Assembly: GCA_027034005.1 (NCBI GenBank)
Contig: JALVJU010000091.1
Location: 1-42,818 of the forward strand
DNA from: Marinilabiliaceae bacterium
GTDB lineage: Bacteria > Bacteroidota > Bacteroidia > Bacteroidales > Marinilabiliaceae
Direction of reading: 5' to 3'
Length of the DNA: 42,818 nucleotides
Shown: positions 17,150-25,152 of the stretch, in pieces
How the letters are laid out: the number at the start of each line of letters is the position of its first letter
Position numbering within the stretch: position 1 is the first letter of the stretch
Made by a program: the position numbers and the translations under genes
The notes under the pieces: generated by a model
What the model was told of the DNA's origin: nothing
Database searches by the model: none
Seen by the model: the letters and a program-made list of their open reading frames with translations, nothing else

Positions 17150-19777
17150 TTATAATTCAATACCTATTAACAGAACGTCATCAACCTGCTTTTCTTCTCC
17201 CATCCAGTCGAAGAAATCCTTCGGGAAAAAACGGGAGTAGTAAGCCATTGTGTGTGACGGATCTTCCACCAACGCCTCTCTTATGCGACGTGCCTGGTAC
17301 TTCTTTTTCTTTTCCAGAGGCCCTCCGGTTTGATCCGGCAGCCCATCAGAAAATATGAATATTTTGTCACCCTTTTTATAGTTGATAATATTGTTCTCAA
17401 AATCTTTTTCTATGCGTCGGGGCAGGGGAGTCCCTCCAATACCTTTTCGCGATCCTTTGTACTCTGTCAATTCTCCGTCACGCACCAGGTACAATGGCCT
17501 GTGTGCACCGGCAAACTGAAGCTCGTTCTTTGCGGGAACTATCTTGCAAAGAGCCAGGTCCATACCATCACGGCCGTTAGCTCCTTCCTGATCCTGCTTA
17601 AGGTTTCTCCTTACTCCGTGATGCAGTCTGTCAAGGATCTCGGCAGCAGTGTAGTCTTTCTCTGTATTCACTATGTTATTCAGAAGGAAATAGCCGATGA
17701 AAGAGAGTAACGCTCCCGGAACGCCGTGTCCGGTACAATCGACGGCAGCAATATAGTAGGTGTCATCTTTCTTAAAGAACCAAGGGAAGTCGCCGCTTAC
17801 CACATCCTTAGGTCTGTAAAATATGAACGAACGAGGGAAGAACTTCTGTAACAGTTTCGTGTCAGGCAGTATCGACGACTGTATCCTCTGTGCATAGTTG
17901 ATACTGTCCGATATCTTCTTGTTTTTCTCTTTTATCTGTTGTTCGATGACCTTTATCTGTGTGATATCGTGAGCTACGAACAGTAGAGATTCAAGTTCCT
18001 TATCCTCGCCGAATTCCGGAATACCCTTTATCTCCATCACCCTTTCACCCTCCGAGCTGGTGATTTCTATCTCCTTCATTATCTCCTTGTGCTCATCACG
18101 TATTTGCACCAGTGATTCACGCACGAACTGAATAAACCTTTCATCGATGTCAAGTTCATTGACACGCTTCTTGATCAGATTAGCAGATGGAACACCCACG
18201 AACGTGGAAACTGCCGGGTTCACGTACACGAGCCGGCCTACAGTGTTAATACGTATGATCATATCAGGAGAGTTCTCCGACAGCGACTGCATCCGGCTCT
18301 TCATGCGCTCTTCTTTCTCTGCACGCTTACGCTCGGTGATATCCCTGGTGTTAAAGATAATTCCCCTGATGGCAGGGTCATGAAGCAGGTTTGTTCCTCT
18401 TGTCTCAAGGAACATTTTCTCTCCTGTTTTTTTCAGATAAGTATATTGTGCTGTCCTCTGACCTCCCGGTGTTTCAAGGAGATACTGGAACAGTTCGTTA
18501 ATCGTCTTGTACCCTTTGGGAGTAAGCATATCAGGATCCATCCCCACAACCTCGTCATCATCGTCATAACCAAGAATGCGCTTTACGGAAGGGCTTTCGA
18601 ATACAAGCTGCTGATGCTCATCGTAAATGGAAATGAACTCCGATGCATTTGTCAAAAGAGCCTCCAGCTTTTTGCGCCCGTGCTCTACCTCCTGCATCTG
18701 TGACTCGAGCATCCTGTTCGACTTCTCAAGCTGCTCCTGAGCCTCCATCATCTCAATAGCATTCTGCTTGAGCTGCTCCTCGTTCTTTTTCAGAGCTGTG
18801 GTCATCTTTTGCGATTCCTCGAGAAGCTGCTTTGTCCTTATGTTTATCCTCAGATTGTAGATTGTCTGCCCTATCATTCCGCTTAGCTCTTCCGACAGGG
18901 TCAGGACCTTTTGCGGAACATCCTCAAAAATGAAAGCTATCTCGTAAACTCCCTGCAACTCTTCTTCCTGTACCAATGGAACTATCAGAAGGCTTTTGGG
19001 CTTTCTGTCGCCAAGTATGCCTGACTGCAAAGTGAAGTAGTCGTCAGGTATCTCAGTCCTGAAAACAAGTTTCTTTTCAAAAGCTGTTTCTCCCACAAGG
19101 CCTTTGCCAACTGGTACCTCTTGCTTCATGAACCTTTGGCGTCCATAGGCATAGGTGGCAATATTTTTCAGTGATCCGTTCCCGTTGTACAGATAGAACG
19201 CTCCCTGAACTGCCGATGTGTACTTGATGATATTTTTCAATACCTCTATCGAAAGAGTTTCAAAGTCGTTGTGTATCCTAAGTATCTCGGATATCAGGTC
19301 CTTCCCTTTTGCTATCCAGTTATGAACATCTGCCTTCTCCCTGTTGTATTTCAGGTTTTCGCCGAGAGTGACAAGCACTTTTGACAAAGAGCTGTCATAT
19401 TCGGTGGAATCAAGAGAAAGGTCCCCGCGTCCTATTTTCTCGGCAAGCTGCACATTCTGCTTTGAATATTTATGTAGTTTTTCAAGCTCCTTGCGTAACT
19501 TCTGTGTCTTGTATTTGTGATAATTTAACGCAAAAAGGACACCTAACGGTAACGACAAGATAATCAGGTCGATAAACCATACGAATGTCCGGGCATGGAT
19601 CAGCAAAATAGAATTTAAAGAAAAATCATAACCGGACAGTGACGAAATTCCCGCCCACGAGGACATGTACAGGAAAATCACCAGAAACAACAAAATGTAT
19701 CTCTCCGTAACGGAAAGCACAGAGTTTGAAAAGAATTTTCTGGTCTGTTTTAATATTTTTTTCTTCTCTTTTGGCAT
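17150..19777 (-). CDS. membrane-anchored GAF-PAS-PAS sensor fused to a PP2C (SpoIIE-type) phosphatase, SiaA-like
   Basis: 875 aa. N-terminal TM helices, GAF (LVGETAF..LLIVPLV), Glu/Gln coiled coil, two PAS (FNTRDITERKRAE; VAHDITQIKVIE). PP2C motifs: SGDFPWF, AAVDCTGHGVPGALLS, IFSDGLPDQ, DDVLLIGIEL. Confidence 0.9.
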   Translation of the reverse strand: MPKEKKKILKQTRKFFSNSVLSVTERYILLFLVIFLYMSSWAGISSLSGYDFSLNSILLIHARTFVWFIDLIILSLPLGVLFALNYHKYKTQKLRKELEKLHKYSKQNVQLAEKIGRGDLSLDSTEYDSSLSKVLVTLGENLKYNREKADVHNWIAKGKDLISEILRIHNDFETLSIEVLKNIIKYTSAVQGAFYLYNGNGSLKNIATYAYGRQRFMKQEVPVGKGLVGETAFEKKLVFRTEIPDDYFTLQSGILGDRKPKSLLIVPLVQEEELQGVYEIAFIFEDVPQKVLTLSEELSGMIGQTIYNLRINIRTKQLLEESQKMTTALKKNEEQLKQNAIEMMEAQEQLEKSNRMLESQMQEVEHGRKKLEALLTNASEFISIYDEHQQLVFESPSVKRILGYDDDDEVVGMDPDMLTPKGYKTINELFQYLLETPGGQRTAQYTYLKKTGEKMFLETRGTNLLHDPAIRGIIFNTRDITERKRAEKEERMKSRMQSLSENSPDMIIRINTVGRLVYVNPAVSTFVGVPSANLIKKRVNELDIDERFIQFVRESLVQIRDEHKEIMKEIEITSSEGERVMEIKGIPEFGEDKELESLLFVAHDITQIKVIEQQIKEKNKKISDSINYAQRIQSSILPDTKLLQKFFPRSFIFYRPKDVVSGDFPWFFKKDDTYYIAAVDCTGHGVPGALLSFIGYFLLNNIVNTEKDYTAAEILDRLHHGVRRNLKQDQEGANGRDGMDLALCKIVPAKNELQFAGAHRPLYLVRDGELTEYKGSRKGIGGTPLPRRIEKDFENNIINYKKGDKIFIFSDGLPDQTGGPLEKKKKYQARRIREALVEDPSHTMAYYSRFFPKDFFDWMGEEKQVDDVLLIGIEL

Positions 19778-19793
19778 AAAAAACAGTGTCTTC

Positions 19794-20555
19794 TTATTCG
19801 GTTATCAGATCCAGCAATTTATGATTTATCTTATCCCAGTTTTCCTTTAACGGTATTGGTTTGAACGTAGCTAACTCTATAACTCCGACTGCCCTGTTCT
19901 CATCAGCAACAGGAAGGATATAGATATATCTCGGCTTCGCCTCTCCCAGCCCGCTGTATCCCGAAAAATAATCTTCAGGAACCTCTTCGAGCTCTATCAC
20001 CTCCCGTTCGTTCAAGGCTTCGCCGTGAAGCCCTTCACCTATGTTGAAAGGAGTGACCGGCTCATCCTTTCGGATGCCGTAATTCCCTTCTACGGAAAAA
20101 TCCTGAGATTGTTTGTCGTAGACAAAGAAAAGGCCGGTTATGACCTCTAAGTTGTCCCCAAGTACCGACAATGCCTTGTTACAAAACTTGCTTTTTTCGG
20201 CAAAAGGCGGCAAATTAACAAATAAATTTTCAATATCTTCAAAAATACCTGTACCGGATTTCTTTACAGAATTATTATCCCTTGCCTCAAGTTCTTTCTT
20301 AAGATGATCTATATCTATAGTCAAACTTTCTATCTCAGAACCCTTATCCGATAACTTTTTGTGCAATCTCCGGAAAACATGATCTGAATAGTAAAGCAGC
20401 GCCAGTACTCCTGCTACTGAAACAAATTCGAACATATAGAAAGACACCGGCATATGCTCGGGCGAAATTAGATATTTTGCCAAAGCAAAAACAAAAATGA
20501 CTACGCTGAGCACGATGATACATGTCTGTTCCTTTTTTAACTTGTCTCTTTTCAT
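19794..20555 (-). CDS. two-TM protein with coiled coil and small C-terminal GAF-like domain, no output domain
   Basis: 253 aa. TM helices (IIVLSVVIFVFALA; FVSVAGVLALLYY), coiled coil, then GLHGEAL...YILPVADENRAVGVIELATF resembling a GAF core. Confidence 0.55.
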   Translation of the reverse strand: MKRDKLKKEQTCIIVLSVVIFVFALAKYLISPEHMPVSFYMFEFVSVAGVLALLYYSDHVFRRLHKKLSDKGSEIESLTIDIDHLKKELEARDNNSVKKSGTGIFEDIENLFVNLPPFAEKSKFCNKALSVLGDNLEVITGLFFVYDKQSQDFSVEGNYGIRKDEPVTPFNIGEGLHGEALNEREVIELEEVPEDYFSGYSGLGEAKPRYIYILPVADENRAVGVIELATFKPIPLKENWDKINHKLLDLITE

Positions 20556-21145
20556 ACGGCTAACTGGTTAAGATAATCTGCGATCTTCTCAGGTGTCAAA
20601 ACATGATCGGGTCGAAACAGCTTCAAAGCTGCTTTGGTCATGGTGTCGATGTCACAACTGTCAGGATCCTGGATTATGGTCGTCCCGTTCTTGTCGTGAA
20701 TATCTTTCAATCCGCTTGCCCCATCTTTATTTGCCCCGGTAAGGATTATTCCCAGGACTTTGTCACGGTATGTCTGTGCTGCCGACGAAAATGTATGGTC
20801 AATGGCAGGCCGACTGTGGTTCATTGGCTCCTCGGTTGACAAATGAAAAGTATTGTCGTACTCGATGAACAGATGATAGTTCGACGGTGCCAGATAAGCC
20901 CTGTTACCTGAAATATGGTCTTTGTCGTTCGGCTCAACAACTTTGATATTAGATTTTATGTTCAGCCCTTCCACCAGTCCGGAACGCACATGTTTAAGCC
21001 TGTGCAGACAAATAATGACAGGAATGGAAAAGCCGGGATCGATCTTCGAAAGTATTTTTGATACAACCGAAAAACTGCCCGCCGAACCGCCAATAACTAC
21101 TGCTTTATATTTTTTGTTGTCAATCATTGCTCCAGATAATTTCAA
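20552..21145 (-). CDS. CheB-type glutamate methylesterase catalytic domain only (no receiver)
   Basis: 197 aa. VVIGGSAGSFS (Ser), VIICLHRLKH (His), ILTGANKDGASGL (Asp). No REC domain upstream in frame. The start may be the Met at 21127. Confidence 0.8.
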   Translation of the reverse strand: MKLSGAMIDNKKYKAVVIGGSAGSFSVVSKILSKIDPGFSIPVIICLHRLKHVRSGLVEGLNIKSNIKVVEPNDKDHISGNRAYLAPSNYHLFIEYDNTFHLSTEEPMNHSRPAIDHTFSSAAQTYRDKVLGIILTGANKDGASGLKDIHDKNGTTIIQDPDSCDIDTMTKAALKLFRPDHVLTPEKIADYLNQLAV

Positions 21146-22016
21146 AACCGTGTTTCTTAAATACCTTTTCTTTTGTGTTCAGACACTCCAGCTTTGCATC
21201 AAAAGATTCCGGTATCCGTTCTTTGGCCCCGATGGCGATAATTCCGCCTGGCAGAAGTGCATCCCAAAACCCGGCGATACTACGCTCAGAAACTTCCTTG
21301 TCGTAATAAAGCATGTTGTTCCTGAACATGATGACAGATGTATTTTTAGGTGCACCTGTATTTAGAAAATGCCCCCGGACAGTTCGTACATTCTTCAATA
21401 GCGAATTTTTCAAAACAAAAACGTTATCCTCAAGGGAATAGTAATCCTCAAATACCCCGGAACCCTCAATCCTTACATAGTTACTGCTGTTAAGCTGAAT
21501 ATTCCGGTTGTTAAGAATGCCCTTTTCAATCTCGCTCAGCCTTTCCTCTGATACATGCTGACATATAACATTCACCATGTCCCTTATCCCCAGTTCATTA
21601 ACAAGAATGAGGAAAGAAAAGACTTCTTCGCCGGTAGATACTTCCGGGAACCAGACATTGATATTCTCGTTGGTTGACAAGCACCTGACAAGAGGCCTCA
21701 GATATCTCCAGAACCCCGGATCGCGGAACATCTCTGTTGTATCGACAGGGAAATCGTAAAAAAGACGGGCCTTGTAATCTTCCGTTTCAAGCATCTGCCT
21801 GAACATGTCAGAATTACGGATATTATGTTTTTTGAAAATATATGATAACCTCCTTTTCAGGAATGATATCGGCATATGATCATACGGCACACCGGTGCTT
21901 TCCGCCATAACTGACGAAAGCTCCTTCACTTCCCTGATACCGAAACCGGCACTCACACCGGCAACTTTCTCAGTACTCGAAATGGAAGGCATTGTTCTTG
22001 ATAAAAACCGGGCCAT
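21120..22016 (-). CDS. CheR-like protein with degenerate SAM-binding motifs (probable pseudoenzyme)
   Basis: The CheR fold is recognisable (TEMFRDPGFW; VIMFRNNMLYYD). Motif I reads VWFPEVSTGEE instead of VWSAGCSSGEE, and post-I reads VICQHVSEE instead of (A/G)TD(L/I). The start is uncertain (Met at 22016, 21992 or 21908). Confidence 0.7.
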   Translation of the reverse strand: MARFLSRTMPSISSTEKVAGVSAGFGIREVKELSSVMAESTGVPYDHMPISFLKRRLSYIFKKHNIRNSDMFRQMLETEDYKARLFYDFPVDTTEMFRDPGFWRYLRPLVRCLSTNENINVWFPEVSTGEEVFSFLILVNELGIRDMVNVICQHVSEERLSEIEKGILNNRNIQLNSSNYVRIEGSGVFEDYYSLEDNVFVLKNSLLKNVRTVRGHFLNTGAPKNTSVIMFRNNMLYYDKEVSERSIAGFWDALLPGGIIAIGAKERIPESFDAKLECLNTKEKVFKKHGFEIIWSND

Positions 22017-22827
22017 TTTTTATAAATCTTGTTTTAAAAAAACCTGTCAATCCTTCGTGATTACCAAGGATCAGCATTCCTCCGTTCGTTAATTGGTCAT
22101 GAAATCGTTTTAATATCCTGGATTGCAGGCTTGCATTGAAATATATCAGTACATTCCTACAAAATATAACGTCAAACTTCTGATAGCTGTTAAGTTCTCC
22201 TTTTACCAGGTCGTGCCTTTTAAAGTCTACATTCTCCTTCAAAAAGTCCCTGACCTTTATGATATCTTTATCCTCCTGGAATTCAAAATATTTATCAAAA
22301 CGTACCTTATCGGCAAGCTTCTTCTTGTTTATCACAGCATTAAAGTTGTCAATGATCTTCATGTTGTATCTGTGATTGTACTCGCCCTTCTTTGCATCTT
22401 TAAGCATTTTGTTGTTCAGGTCGGTGGCAACTATCCTGCTTTTGTCAAGCAGTCCCATCTCACTAAGGATTACATTGTTTGAGTAAACTTCCTGTCCTGA
22501 GGAGCATCCCGCATGCCATACATTCACAACATTCTTTTTCTTTAGAGGAACGAAATGCCTTGAATAAAGCTCATGCCATATTCCGGGATCCCGGAAAAAT
22601 TCAGTGGTATTCACTGTAATCTCCTGTACAATGTTTTCAACAAACAGAGAATCGGTCCTTGTCTTATCCATAAGTTCATCAAGACTCAGCTTATGGTCGA
22701 CCAGCACCTTGTTTATCCTTCGGTAAATGGAACTGTCAGAGTATTCACAGAAATCATACTGCGAATATTTCTTTAGCTCTTTCAGATATGTTTTTATCTC
22801 CGATATGTTGTCAACCTTGTATGTCAT
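21970..22827 (-). CDS. CheR-type protein-glutamate O-methyltransferase (second copy)
   Basis: 285 aa. TEFFRDPGIW, VWHAGCSSGQEVYS, IVATDLNNKML, VIFCRNVLIYFN. Confidence 0.85.
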   Translation of the reverse strand: MTYKVDNISEIKTYLKELKKYSQYDFCEYSDSSIYRRINKVLVDHKLSLDELMDKTRTDSLFVENIVQEITVNTTEFFRDPGIWHELYSRHFVPLKKKNVVNVWHAGCSSGQEVYSNNVILSEMGLLDKSRIVATDLNNKMLKDAKKGEYNHRYNMKIIDNFNAVINKKKLADKVRFDKYFEFQEDKDIIKVRDFLKENVDFKRHDLVKGELNSYQKFDVIFCRNVLIYFNASLQSRILKRFHDQLTNGGMLILGNHEGLTGFFKTRFIKNGPVFIKNNAFHFEY

Positions 22828-22832
22828 TCCCC

Positions 22833-24698
22833 TTAAAACAATTCTACCTCAACGTTTTGAATAAATGCAGTGAATGAATGGTCATCGCCAACCTTGGCTT
22901 CCGAAAGCAGGAACAGCACGGGGATCTCCTCACCGAATTTGGTCAGGATAGGCACTTCGCGCCTTTCACCCACAATCTTTTCCTTTTCAGGATTCACAAA
23001 AGCCGAAACGAACTCATCATTCTTTGCCGTGTCTTTACTGAACAACAGCGCTACCTGTTTGCCGAGGACTTCCTGGCGATCGTAACCGAAAAGCTTTTCT
23101 GCTGCCACGTTAAAGAATTCAATGATACCCTCCTTGTTGGTAGTAAGTATGGCATCCAAAGCGCCTTCAAGAGTCTTCTCGTTTCTGATCTTCACTGCCT
23201 CTATCTCTTTGAACTGCTCTTTAACTTCATTACGTGCCTGCTCGAGCATTATTCCAAGTTCTTCCTTACTCTTCTTAAGTTTCTCTTCCATCTTCACCTG
23301 TTCGGTGATATCGTAGTCGAGGCTTAGTATCTTGACGATCTCACCTTCGTGATCCATTACGGGAGTGTATGTTGTAAGCAGGTAGATCGCCTCACCCATT
23401 TTGGTCCTTCTCTTCACACGGCCTTTAAAATTCTTACCGTTCCTGAGATCGGCAAGTATCTTGTCCAGTTCAGGAAGATCGTCCTTGAAAAAGAATATTT
23501 TAATATTTTGGTTCTCCACCTCTTCGATGCTGTACTTAAATGCATCAAGGAAATTCCTGTTAACCGATATCAGTGTTCCGTCGGTCTCGAACTCCGAACT
23601 GATAGCCGAATGGTCGATAGCCTCAAGAATACCTTTCATTTCAAGTTCACGGCGGTCACTCTCCTCCTGTGTTGCCTGCATCTCTTCAAGGTTTTGGCGC
23701 AACTCCTCTTCCTGCTGTGCCATTTTTTCGGCCTGCTCCTGAGTCTCTTTCAGCAGCTTGCTGGTACGGATATTTGTCTGCACTGCCGAAATGGTCGATG
23801 CAATACTTTCGGCGATCTTTTCTATGAATTCTATCTCATATTTCTCGAACTCGCTGAACGATGCCAGCTCGATAACACCGAATATCTTATCATTGGCTTT
23901 AAGAGGCACTATCAAAACTGCCGAAGCATTTGCTTCTCCCAGACCGCTTGTGATATTCATGTAGTCATTGGGCACATCGGTAAGGTAGATCGTCTCCTTC
24001 TCAAGGGCACACCGCCCTATCAGTCCTTCATCCCATTTGATAGTTTTTTCGGCATATTTTTTCCTGTCGTAAGCAATGAATGCCTTAAGTTCAAAATACG
24101 GATCACCCTCCTCAGGAGTATTAAGCAGGAAGAATCCCGCCTGATTAATCTTCAGGTAGTTTACGATGTAGTGAATAATGTTGAAAGATAGTTCTTCCAG
24201 ATCGTTGTTGGTCTGGCGAAGAAGCTCCCCGAACTGTGCCAGCCCGTTGGTCACCCAGGTACGCTGTTCCTCTTCTATGCGGCGCTGCTCCTCCTCTTTT
24301 CTGTTTTTGATAAGGTATTCCTTTAGCCCAACCAGCGACTGTCCCAACTTATCATTTTTCGATGATATGGGAATGGGGCTTTCCAGGTCACCTTTCCTGA
24401 GGTTATCAATAAAGTCAAGCACCATGTTTGTCCTGCCCGACTCCTTTCGGAGCTGCTTGTTCTGTTTCTTTAGTTTTTTTGCAACTCCGCCGCCAAAATA
24501 ATATCCTGCAATGGCAGTTAAAACAGGCAGGAACAAAATAACCCACAACCCCGGGATATCTGACATGATATTTTTCAACTCATTGAATCCCCGCGTGTTC
24601 TGGCTTAACAAAACTGCAACCAACAGTACAACAAGGCCAAATGTAAAGCCTCGTAACATATATTTTTTCTGAATAGTTTTTGATTTAACTTTTTTCAT
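22833..24698 (-). CDS. membrane-anchored GAF-PAS-PAS sensor protein without output domain
   Basis: Two TM helices, GAF (LIGRCALEKETIYL...VLIVPLKANDKIFGVIELASF), Glu/Gln coiled coil, two PAS (LSLDYDITEQVKME; GIIEFFNVAAEKLFGYDRQEVLGK). The track starts at TTG 24704, but ATG at 24698 (MKKVKSK) is likelier. Confidence 0.8.
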   Translation of the reverse strand: MKKVKSKTIQKKYMLRGFTFGLVVLLVAVLLSQNTRGFNELKNIMSDIPGLWVILFLPVLTAIAGYYFGGGVAKKLKKQNKQLRKESGRTNMVLDFIDNLRKGDLESPIPISSKNDKLGQSLVGLKEYLIKNRKEEEQRRIEEEQRTWVTNGLAQFGELLRQTNNDLEELSFNIIHYIVNYLKINQAGFFLLNTPEEGDPYFELKAFIAYDRKKYAEKTIKWDEGLIGRCALEKETIYLTDVPNDYMNITSGLGEANASAVLIVPLKANDKIFGVIELASFSEFEKYEIEFIEKIAESIASTISAVQTNIRTSKLLKETQEQAEKMAQQEEELRQNLEEMQATQEESDRRELEMKGILEAIDHSAISSEFETDGTLISVNRNFLDAFKYSIEEVENQNIKIFFFKDDLPELDKILADLRNGKNFKGRVKRRTKMGEAIYLLTTYTPVMDHEGEIVKILSLDYDITEQVKMEEKLKKSKEELGIMLEQARNEVKEQFKEIEAVKIRNEKTLEGALDAILTTNKEGIIEFFNVAAEKLFGYDRQEVLGKQVALLFSKDTAKNDEFVSAFVNPEKEKIVGERREVPILTKFGEEIPVLFLLSEAKVGDDHSFTAFIQNVEVELF

Positions 24699-25152
24699 AG
24701 TCAATAAGATAATTCAGTGTTTTCCTTTTTATTTGTGAACTCTTATACGGCAGAATTTCATTAAGGTTTGGATTGATAGGAAAATATTGAAGCACGTGCA
24801 AAATCTGGAGATTATGCAAATAGATTTTCAGGAGGATTGTGTTATAACACACTTCATTTTCGCTTTGCTAATAAGGTTCCCTTTCGTTTTGTCTTTAAAG
24901 GATACTAAGGTTATGTCAGCGGTGTTTTGATATTCTTCCTACACCTCTGGCGACTATAGGGGAATGCCAACGCGCGAAAGCTCTCTTTTCGGGAATTTAA
25001 GGGTGTGGGGATGGGCATGCAATACCTCATTTATACTTAACATTTCACTAAGGTTTAATGGAAAGGATAAGATTTTCCGAAAAATACCTCAGAAAAATTT
25101 AGAAAGTATCAATGCAGCACAGGCAGGTTAAAGAAAAAAGATGTACTCCTGT

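Noticed and set aside
23349-24191. 280-aa plus-strand ORF, with several others between 22870 and 24501, inside the GAF-PAS sensor gene
   Set aside because: These are antisense shadows of a Glu/Lys-rich gene. The translations are Leu/Phe/Cys/Ser-rich with no motifs, while the minus-strand frame has clear GAF and PAS signatures.
24814-24930. 38-codon ORF (MQIDFQEDCVITHFIFALLIRFPFVLSLKDTKVMSAVF) in the inter-operon spacer
   Set aside because: It lies opposite to all neighbouring genes, has no ribosome-binding or promoter signal that I can support, and is short enough to arise by chance in AT-rich DNA.
24950-24970. Minus-strand TGGCA that could be a sigma54 -24 element upstream of the second operon; a similar TGGCA lies at 31693-31697 upstream of cheA
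   Set aside because: Neither has GC at the required GG-N10-GC spacing. The positions read TATA and CCTG instead of TTGC.
24941-25020. GGCGACTATAGGGG resembles the 5' end of a 5S rRNA
   Set aside because: The downstream conserved 5S elements (CCGAAC, GAAGTTAAGC-type loops) are absent and the length and pairing do not fit. It is kept only as an unexplained GC island in a finding.
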